Shown piece by piece: positions 1-12,251 of a DNA stretch of 64,000 nt (position 1 is the first letter of the stretch; each line of letters starts with the position of its first letter). This stretch comes from Selaginella moellendorffii (taxonomy: Eukaryota > Plantae > Lycopodiophyta). Location of the stretch: contig NW_003314265.1 in NCBI RefSeq assembly GCF_000143415.4, forward strand, positions 572,405 to 636,404. Direction: 5' to 3'. The notes below the pieces were generated by a model that saw only the letters and a list, made by a program, of their open reading frames with translations, ran no database searches and was not told where the DNA came from. The translations under genes were made by a program, and so were the position numbers.

Positions 1-156
1 TGCAAAATCTTACATTGCTGGAATTTCAAATATATAGTAGGGATAGTGATTGAAATGTATGCTCGACCACCTAAAACATTAGTTTAATTTCTGCTAGGTT
101 ATATCACTCCTTGTTTTGCACCGAGTTTGGGTAAGCCCAAGCAAAGAACACAATAC

Positions 157-579
157 CTTCACAAGTAAATCGAAGTGACCACAAACGTCTGGATCACTTA
201 TGGGCGTATATCTGTCAGCACGAAGCACGAGTTACAGTGATTCCAAGCATAAGACAATTTTACATACGGTTTGATGATCACATTTGGCTTCCCATCCTTT
301 TTTGTATCTATGGCAGCCCTGCAAAGCAAAGAAAAATTCACGTATCTTCATCATGAAGTTTGGTAGCTCCGTTACTTTGTCAAGAGGCATGAAGCAACAT
401 TAAGACCCAGTTGCGCATCGTCATCCAAGGCAAACCTGGATGACAAAATTATACAAATAACGTTAGTGCATCGTCTTGTTTTCCATTTTTTCTTTCCTTT
501 TGCCTGTAACATCTCATGTTGTGAGTCACAGGATTTGCTTCTAAGAGTCGAAACTTCCGCCATTCGTTCGAATCCAATG
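157..579 (-). CDS. NADH-cytochrome b5 reductase (CBR2-like), partial; exons 579-504, 435-376, 318-268, 211-157; may continue past the window start or be a fragment
   Basis: Spliced translation ALDSNEWRKFRLLEANPVTHNMRCYR-FALDDDAQLGLNVASCLLT-AAIDTKKDGKPNVIIKP-YTPISDPDVCGHFDLLVK matches the FAD-binding domain pattern of CBRs (xPYTPISDP...FDLLVK). AG acceptors; one GC donor at 503. Confidence 0.75.
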
Positions 580-854
580 CTAGACGGACAATGTGAGCAA
601 ACCATGACCAAAACTTAGAACTTTCGAGCAAAAAGTAAAGCACGAACCAAAATCCCCAGCATCGCACCAGCACTCTAGTCGATGGGGTACCCTCTTCCTT
701 GCGTTAAGCCACTGATATACTAAAATTGTGCCAAACACCATTTAATACCATTTAGTGTGCAAATACGAGATATAGGGAGCTAATGCTCATAGGATTTTAT
801 TGGACCCTTGTTTTGGAGTATAACGGGGTTGGAGTTTAGCTTTAAATTCATGTG

Positions 855-1673
855 AGTTATACGCACGAAGCAAGAAGCTTCGAAAATGAATGTCAAATTG
901 CATCATTAGCTCTGATGGCCTTTGATGAAGATAATGCAATTGTTGAGAGGCATCATCAAAATCGTCAACATGTTTGAATGCACATTTGAAGACATTCAGA
1001 AGAATATTCTAATCCCCACGAGTTGCTGCCCTCAAACCATTGTACCACTTCAGTGTTATCCCTTAGAGACACATGGGAAATTCATGCAAACATCAAGTAT
1101 CATCTTAAAAATGATATATGGCAATCACCATGAAGTGATCGAACCAATAGTACACATTATCCTCAGGATTCCTACGAAATAACTCTAGCCGAACATGAGG
1201 ATTAGCACCAAAAGTAGGAAAAGCTGTACCATATGTCATGAATGTTGCTATCAATTGAGTTTGGTTATTCAATTGCAATCACATAACATCAAGCAATTGC
1301 ACCAATTATTGCTTCAAAGTTAAAAGAGGAAGAGACAATTACTTTGCCATGAAGATGAATGAAAAAGAAAGAGAAAAAGAAAAGAAATGAAAAAAGTTAG
1401 AAAGAAAGAGAGATTTAGATAGTGTAAAAGTTAGATCTAAACTAAAATCCCAAATCCAAGCACTCCTGAAGGATAATTAAAGGTGCCCCTCACTTCCACC
1501 AATGTGAGTGCATGGAATTTGGAAAGGAAATATAAAAAATGTGTATATCAATTAGCCCAAAAACCATAACTTATATACAAAATCGAGTGGTCCGAATTGA
1601 AACTAATTTGACGGCTATCAAAATCCCACTATGCTAATATTAATATACGACATCGTAGCTATATATGTCCACA
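855..1673 (-). mobile_element. Truncated family B Ty3/gypsy remnant: 5' LTR (1503-1673), PBS (~1488-1502), decayed gag
   Basis: 1503-1673 aligns with LTRs 51801-51975 and 53501-53674. CACTTCCACCAA abuts the LTR. 900-1260 aligns with gag sequence at 52800-53200. Confidence 0.85.
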
Positions 1674-1861
1674 TGTTATATGCTTTATTGATGCTTTATT
1701 GTTTATACCTAGGTAAGCTGAAGTATAAGCAAGTGGCTCATCTTAGTTTCTTTACAAAGTTTATATTAATTATAAATATTATTTATTTAAATTTAAATTT
1801 AATTTGGCTATATAATATATATGAATTAAGTTTTTTTAAAAATGAATCTTATCTAAATGAA

Positions 1862-2716
1862 ATGAAGTTAGTATCTTTAATATTTGTACTTGTATTATTA
1901 ATTCAAAGTGCTATTGCACCACCAAAAGCAAAGTACTCTCCAAAATTTGGAAAATTTAACGTATTAAATCCACAGGATATGGATAAAGTAATTCGTATCA
2001 TCAATAGACTAATAGGAAAAATAGATTATAAAAAAAAAGATTATTCTAAGTTATTTTCAAGTGGAAAATCTATTCGTGTTTCGTGTGGAATTGTTAAAAT
2101 TATTATGAAATCAAAAGATGATTGCTCTACATCTGACACACAAGGCACTACAAAGGGTACAAATTTAATTCAAGGCTTTGAAAGACTTATAAATCCATTT
2201 ATCAGTACACTTAAAATTAATCTTTGTGAATCCTTTGAAAATGAAAATCCTAATTACTTTATACAATATAAATTAGAACCAAAAGAAGAGTTGTTTGAGA
2301 AAACTAAAATTTCATACTATACTTATTTATGCCAACTTAAATCTAGTACAGTAATTAGTCCATCAATAATTTATATTGGTGATTTTCTAACTTCTTCAAA
2401 CGGTAAAGTTATTTTGATTTTAGAATCAAATTGTGTTTTAGTTCTTTATTATCTTAAGGATAAAATTTGGAATTCAGAAACATCACAAAGTAATATTATA
2501 TATTGTAAATTGAAATTACAAAATGATGGTAATCTAGTTCTATACAACAATTACAAAGCTATTTGGGATTCTAATAAGTATTGTTTTCCAGAATTGAAAT
2601 GTTTAGAGTTAGATATATTTTATCTTACTGTTCAAAATAGCTGTAATGTAAAAATATATTCTGCAATGTTTGAAGGTAAAGAGTTTTGGAAACTAAACCC
2701 TCCATATTTATGTTAA
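1862..2716 (+). CDS. Intronless AT-rich secreted protein (284 aa): signal peptide, unknown N-terminal domain, C-terminal bulb-type (GNA-like) lectin domain
   Basis: MKLVSLIFVLVLLIQSAIA signal peptide. C-terminus has LILESNCVLVLY...IW, LKLQNDGNLVLY...AIWDS and LTVQNSCNVKIY (three B-lectin subdomains). The ORF-track start at 1631 lies inside the LTR, so 1862 is preferred. Confidence 0.7.
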   Translation: MKLVSLIFVLVLLIQSAIAPPKAKYSPKFGKFNVLNPQDMDKVIRIINRLIGKIDYKKKDYSKLFSSGKSIRVSCGIVKIIMKSKDDCSTSDTQGTTKGTNLIQGFERLINPFISTLKINLCESFENENPNYFIQYKLEPKEELFEKTKISYYTYLCQLKSSTVISPSIIYIGDFLTSSNGKVILILESNCVLVLYYLKDKIWNSETSQSNIIYCKLKLQNDGNLVLYNNYKAIWDSNKYCFPELKCLELDIFYLTVQNSCNVKIYSAMFEGKEFWKLNPPYLC

Positions 2717-3530
2717 ATGTTAAAGGTATTTGTATCACATATAAAGCATTTAATTTATATTGATATCACCAAAAGACTAAAAAAATATAATATATAATAT
2801 ATAATAAAAATTCTAAAGATCTGTAAATTGTTCTTCTATAAAAAATCAAATAAAATAAATCTTTAAACCTTTTATATTGTATATGTTTGAAATATTTAAT
2901 AAAAACTTGCTATGCTGCTTGAATATTTTATCTATAGATAAATTATGTCAAGATAAATAGAAGCAATTGTTACAAGGTTTTTAACCCATGATTAAGAACC
3001 TGATTTAGACCAGGAAAAGTCATAGATAAGGTTTTAAATATTAGAACATCTGAGACCATATTAAACAGAGGGTAGTGAGCTTCTTTATATCCAGACTCTT
3101 CTTTGGTTGCTTTAACAGCTTCATGCTCGGGATGGAGAAATTGCCACAGTTTTTAGTGAGTTGGGCTGGGAATCTTTGATATTAACTGTATAGTGGTCCT
3201 AGAATCACAATCCAAAGTAAATTCCTCACAAAGAACACTCTCTTCTTTTTAAAGAAGGTGGAAATAAAAAAAAGTCTAGCCTAACCTCCCATCCCTCTTG
3301 TTATCCTCCAAGCTCAATAATGATACCTTGTGCCATGTTTCTGGCACACTTTCTATCCAAATTTTAATTTCCCATTTAACTTTTGCTGTCTCCTTGATTT
3401 TGAAGATTCCTGGAATCTGCCACGTGGCTGATTTTTGTCCACCTCAGCTACCACGTCGATCAAGGCTGTTTCCACCACGTGCGTTAGACTTGGATCATAA
3501 GGGTCTGTCTTTGCAGGGTTTCTGGCGCGG

Positions 3531-4982
3531 ATGGGAAATCTGGGGGAGGATTTGGTAACCAAGCTGAGAAGGGTTCTCCAGCAACACGAGGTAAAGCTCG
3601 AGCCAGCGGCTAGTTTCTACACGGAGCAGCAATGGTCGCCTGATTCCAACGATCCAACGCTCTCCTATCTGTCCAGAATGCTCATGGACGAAGACGACGA
3701 GGTTGAATCTCTTCCTCCGCAGAGATCTTACCAAGGTCTGCTGGACGAGCTCACGGCAATCGTTTCCCCTTCTTCCTCGAGCAGGGAGAGTTCCAGGGAG
3801 AGCGACTCACCAGGCTCACCCAGCGACGCAGGTTTCGTCAGTGGCGTGATCGACGAGTCCCCAAATTCTCCGACTGTAGATATACAGTGGTGCTTGATGG
3901 AGTGTGCTCGAGCCGTAGCAGCCAAGGACTTCGCGGCTTTCTACGCCCTGGCAAGCGATCTCAGGCAAGTGGTCTCGTCACAGTCGACTCCGCTAGAGAG
4001 GCTTGCGATGTTCTTCATCGAAGCGCTGGTAGCCCGGGTGACAGGAACAGGGCCGCAGACATACAGGGCTCTGGCGGCTGGAATGACCACCAGGAGGATT
4101 CTCTCGGGCAGCCGGATCGCGTGCCTCCCTTCCTCGAGGATCCACACCTTCGCCAACGATGTGATTCTCCGAGCTTGCGCTGGAGCGAGGAGAGTCCACA
4201 TCGTCGACTATGGGCTCTTCTGCGGCCAGCAGTGGCCGTCGTTAATCAAGGCTTTGAGCGTCCGTCCGGAAGGTCCTCCACATCTCAAGATCACCGGGAT
4301 CGATCTGCCAATGGTTCCCGAGGTGACACAAGCGGGGCAGCACCTGACCGAGTACGCGAGATCACACGGTGTCCAGCTCGAGTTCTGCTCGATCCAGTCC
4401 AACTCCTGGGAGACGGTCCAGCCGGTGACGCACTCGAACGAGTTCCTGGTCGTCAACTCCAACGGCAGGCTGCAAAACATGAAGGACGAGTGGGTCGCCA
4501 TTAACAATCCTCGCAAGCTTCTGCTCGAGAGGATCAGCAAGATGAGCCCCAAGCTGGTGGTGATGACCGTGGGGAACTCGTCCATGAGCTCGCCGTTCTT
4601 CCTCCCAAAGTTCGAGGCGGCGCTCGAGTATTACACGGCGAAGATGGAGTACACGGACGCGTGGTTGAGCGACGATCTGGAGCAGCGGAGCTTGATGGAG
4701 AAGACGTTCCAGAAGGTGATCATGAACGTGGTGGCGTGCGATGGATTGGATCAAGTGGAGCGGCCGGAGAAGTACAAGACCTGGGACGTGAGGGCCAAGC
4801 GCGCTGGATTCAAGCCATTCCCGGTCGAGGACGAGGATTACGAGAGGATGAAGACTACGTGGGGAGGATACAAGTATAGCGAGCACTTTCGGTGTGGAAG
4901 GGATGAGAATTGGGTCCTGCTGGGGTGGAAGGACGTGATCATGTGTGCAATGTCGGCCTGGCAAACCAAAGCTCGCTTCTAA
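3531..4982 (+). CDS. GRAS family transcription factor, SCL14/LISCL-like, intronless
   Basis: 483-aa ORF with LSYLSRMLMDED N-terminal motif, VHIVDYG..QWPSL, LKITGID, NVVACDG..RPE..W and terminal SAW. Confidence 0.92.
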   Translation: MGNLGEDLVTKLRRVLQQHEVKLEPAASFYTEQQWSPDSNDPTLSYLSRMLMDEDDEVESLPPQRSYQGLLDELTAIVSPSSSSRESSRESDSPGSPSDAGFVSGVIDESPNSPTVDIQWCLMECARAVAAKDFAAFYALASDLRQVVSSQSTPLERLAMFFIEALVARVTGTGPQTYRALAAGMTTRRILSGSRIACLPSSRIHTFANDVILRACAGARRVHIVDYGLFCGQQWPSLIKALSVRPEGPPHLKITGIDLPMVPEVTQAGQHLTEYARSHGVQLEFCSIQSNSWETVQPVTHSNEFLVVNSNGRLQNMKDEWVAINNPRKLLLERISKMSPKLVVMTVGNSSMSSPFFLPKFEAALEYYTAKMEYTDAWLSDDLEQRSLMEKTFQKVIMNVVACDGLDQVERPEKYKTWDVRAKRAGFKPFPVEDEDYERMKTTWGGYKYSEHFRCGRDENWVLLGWKDVIMCAMSAWQTKARF

Positions 4983-5412
4983 TCGCAGGATGAACATGGA
5001 GAAATCTCTCTTCCTCTTTTCTTTGAAGTTTTTGGTTTACTTAAGCAAATCTCAAATATATTTGAATATTCTAAAATATTCTACCATCTAATGGTTGTTA
5101 TTCATTTAAATCAATCTTGTATTTATAATTTATAAACTTTCTTAAACCCTTTCTAGTATATTCTTTTTTATTTTATCATTTAATAGTTGATATAATCTTG
5201 TGTTTATAAACTACAAACATGCTTATAATTATAAATTTTATTTGATCAGTTGGATTAATAAATAAGAATAACTTAAGCAAACCAAGCGTTTTAAAGAAAT
5301 GCTAAAAGCCCTAATGTTTGCCGCCAAGCGAGCGCTCTAGGGTTAGAGGATGCCGCGGGAGCGAGGATTCCATCAGCTGATCGCATGAACGCGCCCGGAT
5401 CGGCTCGGTGGA

Positions 5413-8400
5413 ATGCCCTTGCCTGGGAATGCGGCAGGTTTTGATGATGATGTGAGTGTGTTCTTCCTCTTGTTTATCGCTTGAGACCCTGGTTGGATCG
5501 GCCAGGGTATCGACTGGGCGGCGGCCGTGACGGAGGTGGAGAATGTGGAGGCCGGGTATTTGCAGAGCAAGCAAAATGTTGAGGCGCAGCATCGAGCTGG
5601 GCGACAGCAAACACTCGATTCTTTCTTTAGAGGACGGGCGAATAGTGGTGAGCAAAATCAAGCTAGAGATGGAGATGTGGAAGGGATACAAGTGCCCATT
5701 GATCCTGTTGCTGCGACTACTTGGGTGTATCCAGGTTTGTTTCATACATTCTCTTCAATTCGATTTCTTTTTTAGTTCCGAGTTATTTCCTTCACCAACA
5801 ATTACTTGAAATCCTTTCTGATTCGTCTTCTTGCGCGTTTTCTTTGTGTTGTTTACCTGTTTTATCTCTGATCTTTGCGCAGAAAATGTTCCATGTCGGG
5901 AGTATCAGTTCTCTATTGCAAAGACGGCGCTCTTTACGAACACCTTGGTTTCACTGCCAACCGGACTTGGAAAGACATTGATTGCCGCCGTAGTGATGTA
6001 CAACTTTTACCGATGGTTTCCGGAAGGTATGCTTTCGGATGGTTTCTTCCTTTGATTCTCAAGGTGATGTCTCTCTCGTAGGAAAGGTTGTGTTTACAGC
6101 TCCTTCGAAGCCACTGGTTGTTCAGCAAATTGAAGCCTGTCACAACGTTGTGGGCATTCCTCAGGTACGTTTGCTAGTTGTGATGGCCTTTACAGTGGAA
6201 ATTGTCTGCAGGCGTTGACGATAGATATGACAGGACAGATTAATCCCTCGCAACGAGCAGCTTTTTGGAAAAGCAAGCGGGTCTTTTTTGTTACACCACA
6301 AGTTCTTGAAAAAGACATAAAGTCTGGTAAAGTATCCTTTCTCGCTTTTCTTTTCGTCTTGATCGATTGCCGAATACAGGTAGTTGCCCACTACAACAAC
6401 TTGTCTGCCTTGTTGTGGATGAGGCTCATCGCGCTCTTGGAAATTACGCGTATTGTGTGGCTGTCCGAGAGGTTATATTGTAAAAAAAATTGTTCTTGTT
6501 TTCGGTGCTAACGTACCACAGACAGATAATGGCTGCGAAAATAGTGTTGCGAATACTGGCTTTGACAGCAACACCTGGATGTAAGTTATAGAAACATCCG
6601 CCTTTACTTCCTGAAATGTTTTGGCTGCAGCTAAACATGCAACAATACAATCTGTCGTTGATAATCTAAATATATCTTGCCTGGAGTACCGTGACGAGTA
6701 TGATCACGACGTGAGCCAGTACACGCACGACAGGAAGCTCGAAGTTATTACGGTATGATTTTGCTACTTGGAAATTAGAGAAGCTGACGCGATGCTAGTT
6801 CACGATTTTATTTGTAGGTTCCGTTGAATGCAGAATCGAAGAAGCTCAGAGACATGCTTTCAGATATCCTCCAGCCAGTAGTTTTAAAACTCTGTAACTA
6901 TGGAGTGTTTTACAACAGGGATATTGCAAGGGTACAGTTTTCATTCGTCATGATCTTGTTCTGATGGTTTTTGGTGCCAGCTCACTCCCTATGAATTTCT
7001 CACTGCGAGAGAGAAATTTCGACAAGTTCCTCCAGTATCTCTTGCTCAAGGGCAAACTGGTGAACTGGAAGGGTGTTTTGGAGTAGGTATAACGTTATGC
7101 CACATACTCAAGCTACTTTCTAGTCACGGTATAAAACCAGCCTTTGAAATGCTTCAACAAAAATTGCAGCAAGGGTACGACAGTTTCCCATATTTCTAAC
7201 TACTGATAATTTCTTTGTCACAGGTTACTTGCACGGATGATGGGTCGAAATGAAAAGCTGCTTCATGTTAAACAGTTAATGCAGCAGACTATAAATCACG
7301 GTGCTCCAAGTCCTAAGCTTGATAAGATGGAAGAAATTATCTTGGCTCACTTCGGTAAGAAGATCGCTTTTTTATTAACATGTTAACTCCCTCTCCACCG
7401 TCAGGTGCTGACAATTCAGGGAATACAAGGGCAATTATCTTCACGAATTTCAGGGAGAGCGTAAAGTATGAACTTCAGAACTTTTCTTTTTGTTCCTGAT
7501 ATGCTTGCCTTAGGGACATAATGGAGTGCTTAGGCAAGATTAACGGTCCCGTGAAAGCTATGGAGTTTGTTGGGCAAAGCTCTGGTTAGTTTCATATCTA
7601 CCTATAAGATGCTCAACTTCTTTGCAGGGAAAACTTCTAAAGGACAATCTCAAAAGATTCAGCAGCAAGTGCTTCAGGTCTGCTTCTTTTTTGGAAACAT
7701 GAAAATTGTGTGACATGTTGCATTTCAGAAGTTTCGAGCTGGTGGTTACAACACTATCGTCGCTACCTGTATTGGTGAAGAAGGGCTCGACATTATGGAA
7801 GTGGATCTGGTTATCTGTTTTGATGCCAATATCTCTCCTTTGAGGATGATTCAACGCATGGGACGAACTGGCCGAAAACGTGATGGCCGAGTGGATATCC
7901 TTTTTCTAGCTTTTGTATGATATACTGGTTTCCTTGACAGACGGCACTTGTTTTGGCTAGTGAGGGAACAGAAATTCAAGGTTATCTGAACAAACAAGCT
8001 AAAGGCAAAGCTATCGGCAAGCACATGATGAATGGTGGGCTACGAAGCTTCAACTTTCATGCCAGCTCTAGAATGGTAAATGTTTCCTAATTGCTATATG
8101 TTATAACATTTCTTTATCATGCAGGTTCCTCATGCCTTTACACCACAGGTACAAATGACAAAGCTTACAATTGAGAAATTTGTGCCTCGCTTTCGTAAAG
8201 CGAAACAAGACAAAACTCAAACGACATTTAATCCGATTGCCGAGCTTACAGCAGACGAGAGCGCGATGCTGTCAAAGTACTTTAAGTCACCGGAGGAGGA
8301 AATCTGGAGTCCATCACTTATTGCATTTCCGAATAACCAGCTTATTGCTACTGCTATTCACAGTGTTAAACATTCCTCAAGGACCACCTCAATGCTTATT

Positions 8401-10045
8401 GATGTATTGCAAGAGCTGCGTGAGCTGCGTGAGCTGCCACCTCGGAACGCTATTGATACACTCCCGCCTTCAAATGCCGTTGATAACAGTCACCGTGAAC
8501 TGCCGCTTTCAAAAAGTGATAAGGTACATATATGTTGAGTATATGGCTGGAGTAAGTTTTGTTTTGCAGGTAGCCAAAAATGACGAAGACGCGGTCTTTG
8601 ACCATGCTGGTGATCAGGGCTGGCAAGACTATCCATTTCATCCAGATCCATATGAATCACTTGTAGACGCAAGTGCTGAAAATGCTCCAGCAGAAACTTT
8701 ACATCCTGCTCCAGAACAAAGCTCTCCGCCAAACCATCAATTTTACTTCACCAATGGTGCCATTTCCATCACAAATGAGGGGTACGTGATGGTATCTTCA
8801 CCACCTGATTTATTCGGAAGAGCACCCGATAGCAAGCAGCTAGAAAGCACACATAACGCGTCTCCGGTGCCAATAAGTGAAAGTCCGAAACTGGTGGAAT
8901 TCGTGCCAGAAACACCTGACATCGCAAAGGCGGAAGTAATCTTTGAAAGTCCCATTTTTACAAGACTGCCTTCGGAGGCTCGTGTCCAGAGAAGTGGCGG
9001 AAACAGCAGTAACGAAGACTGGAAGTGTCCTAGTAGTGAACTTCCCTCCGCAGTTAGGAAGCCTCGTCCTTTGAAACGGCTTAAAAGGGGACGAGAACTT
9101 CTGCCACTGTTGGCAACTTTCAAAGATGAAAATCGGGCGACTGATACAGGTAATATACATATCGTGATCCGCCGATTGAATCTCAACTTGCTTCATCTTT
9201 CAGAAAAGGAACAGATAAAGGAAGCCGTTCGGCATTTTATTGATGACGAGGCCGAGTATGTTTTCCTTATATTGTTTGCTGTCTAATTGTTTTTCGCTGT
9301 AGAGTTTCTTCGGATGCGGAAGTTTCTCCTGACACTGATCATGAAAATTGTACGTGTAGCGATAGTTTCATTGACGACAATGTCCATACCAGCGGTCCCG
9401 GTAGCGGTGCTCCTGTGGATATGATGGCGATTTACAGGTCTGATGAAAGGGTGATGTTCCACTCTTTTATTGAACTTTCATTTTTACAGACGATCCCTGC
9501 TCTCACAGTCCCCGGCTGAAGCCTTGGCTTACATGCGGTCCCTTCATTCCGGCAGCACTCCTACTTCTAGCAGCCTATGCAAGTCATCCCAAAAATCCTC
9601 TCATCAACCATCGGTTCCTGCATCCGACAGTGGTAAAAAGTCCGTCACGTTTAATTTACTACCGCCACGGCCCGAGTTGCACACACGTAACGAGCAAGAA
9701 GAAGTCGAGTGCAGCACGAAGGAATTTAGAAAGAGGAAGCTGAGCTTTCATACGGGAGCAGGCCCGTCAAATAACGCGATAGACGCAGCAGTGAAGACTG
9801 ATGTGGAGGTATCAAATGGCATTAGTTGCAGGACAGGCATGGAAAACAGGGATCCTTGGAAAGCTAGTACAGGTGCTGGGCCGAGCCACGAGCCAATCGC
9901 GGACGACTTCTTTGATGATCTAGATCTTGACGCACTGGAGGCTGAAGCTACTAAACAATCTCGGTTACGCGGTACCCAAGCAGGTATAGAACAACAGATG
10001 GACGAAGATTTTGAGTGTATACCTTCATTCGACCTCGGTATATAG
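5413..10045 (+). CDS. FANCM: FANCM/Mph1 DEAH helicase, multi-exon
   Basis: [12 protein letters not shown]-terminus, [16 protein letters not shown] (Walker A), [45 protein letters not shown]-terminal PSFDLGI. Confidence 0.93.
7895..7947 (+). other. U12-type AT-AC intron in FANCM (53 nt)
   Basis: 5' ATATCCTTT, branch site TCCTTGAC (7931-7938), 3' AC. Removal restores the frame GRV-V-VLASEG. Confidence 0.85.
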
Positions 10046-10136
10046 AGGAGCAGTACAGGTGGGTTACGATTTTAATCTTGTCATTTACTGGAAAGAGGCG
10101 AGCTCTCGTGTGGCTAGAAATGGAGGAAGGAATTCA

Positions 10137-12074
10137 ATGACCACGGCATTGTTTCAAGGGGTTTACAGCAGCACTAGTGGAATGGCCGGGATGGTAGGAA
10201 ATTCGGCGTTTCTGATGGGAAATTATGAGCAGCACAGGCATCTTACAGCAGGCATCCACTTCTGTAGAAGGAGAGCTTCGAGTCTTCGCTCTTCACTATC
10301 ATACTCAAGTCCCTCCTGCTCGTCGTCGTCACCCAGGGAAAATGAACCGGTGCAGGAGAGGCTGGGGCCTTCATCATGGACTGCCAAGGATTCTGTAGGC
10401 GAAGATTATCTCTACAGGCTTGGAAAAGAGGCCGATAATATGAACATCACCGTCGGAGCACGTCAAGGGATGATCGATAACGTTTTTGTTGGTGATTTTC
10501 TTGGAAAGGAAGGTAAGCTTTTGACGCTCGTTTGTTTCTTCGTCCTCTGAAGTGTTGTTTTCCCCAGCCGATATTGTGTTCGCTTACAGGCAGAAAGTCA
10601 CACGTTCGTTCGAGCATTTGCAAGGAGACTACTATATAGCCCCGGCATTTCTGGTATGTCACTTGTGTCGTTTGACTATAACCATTGTTCTGACAAGGAC
10701 TTACAGGATGCTGTAGGTGAGTGTATAAATTCTTGTGACCGAAATCGGAGCTAATGGATATGACCTTCTAGTGACGCACATTGTCAAAAATTATGTTGCC
10801 GAGCAGCTAGACACTAGTGTCCCTCTCATCCTCGGTATGCATTTTCCCAGTACGTTATTTCTTTCACTCACAAATGATACAGGTGTATGGGGTGGTAAAG
10901 GGCAAGGAAAGACTTTCCAGACCGAGCTAATATTTAAGGCCATGGGAGTGGAGCCTGTCATCATGTCTGCGGGAGAAATGGAGTCGGAAAGAGCTGGTGA
11001 GTTCATGCGTTTTGTATGGGAAGCTAAGCTTTTCTCGTTCTTCATCCAGGTGAACCCGGACGCTTGATCAGGGATCGTTACAGAACAGCTGCACAAGTTG
11101 TAAAAAATCAGGTACGTGCTGCGACTTACTGGACAAAAGCACTCTTTAACGTCTCTGTACCAGGGAAAACTGAGCTGCCTGATGATCAACGATATTGATG
11201 CTGGCATTGGGCGATTTGGTAGGCAAGTGCAAATTGTTGTCAGGGGAAGTTTATTTTTGTTTGACTCACGGTGCAGAAAACACCCAGATGACAGTGAACA
11301 ATCAAATTGTGGTGGGTACGCTGATGAACCTGGCCGACAATCCAACACAAGTTAGCGTTGGTCAAGATTGGCGGGAAGGAGACGTTATCAAGCGGGTTCC
11401 AATTATCGTAACGGGGAACGATTTCTCGACTCTTTGGGCGCCGCTTATTCGCGACGGTCGAATGGACAAGTTTTACTGGTATGTGTACTGCGCTCGGCTT
11501 GTGTACCACTGCTTGGTTCTGATCTACTTCGCAGGCAACCAAGTAGAGAGGATCTGATCAATATTGTCTACCGTATGTACTCCAAAGACGGTCTTTCACG
11601 CGTGGACGTCGAAACTATTGTTGACAAATTTCCTAATCAAGGTAAGGGTCGCTCTCGTGGAAATTGACGACGTGATTTGGACCATCTTTGATTAGCTCTA
11701 GACTTCTACGGTGCTCTAAAGTCCAGAGCATGTGACGAAGAATTGTGGAAGGTAGTCTTGACTTCATTTTCCTTACGGCTCTTATGCTGCTGAGTGCTGC
11801 CTGCAGTGGCTGGAATCTAATGGTGGTCCCGAGAAACTCAACGAAATATTTCGCCAGAGCAAAAAGAAAACCATTGATTTCAATCCGCCTGAGGTACTTA
11901 TATCTATTTGAGGTAACGGATTTTGATTGCTAGCCTTTGTAGCAAACACTCACGAGTCTACTGAAAGCCGGGACCTCTCTAGTCGAGGAACAGAAAATGG
12001 TGACAAAGATGCGACTGTCTGATGAGTACATGAAGAAACAAACCGGTGAAGGTGGTCTGATCGGACTTTCTTAG
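10137..12074 (+). CDS. Rubisco activase-like chloroplast AAA+ ATPase, multi-exon
   Basis: Ser-rich transit peptide; GVWGGKGQGKTFQTEL, MSAGEMES, LMINDIDAG, RVPIIVTGNDFSTLWAPLIRDGRMDKFYW, LDFYGAL. Confidence 0.9.
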
Positions 12075-12251
12075 AATTCAGTGTGATGCCTTCGAGGAGG
12101 AGGCTTTTGATTCATGAACAAAAAACTTATGTTTCTCCGGGTAAGTTCTAAGTAGTGACGTCACGGGGTCATACAACTCCTGGACTATTAGTTGTATAAG
12201 CATTCACACATTTCCCGAGGAAAAAAAAGAGGACAGGAAAGAAACTCAGAG

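Noticed and set aside
1631-1861. 77-aa N-terminal extension of the lectin ORF
   Set aside because: It starts inside an LTR; the signal peptide and paralog similarity begin at 1862.
3887-4997. Overlapping and antisense ORFs over GC-rich exons (GRAS, kinase, XIP, AMP1)
   Set aside because: Shadow frames of GC-rich coding sequence with no motifs.
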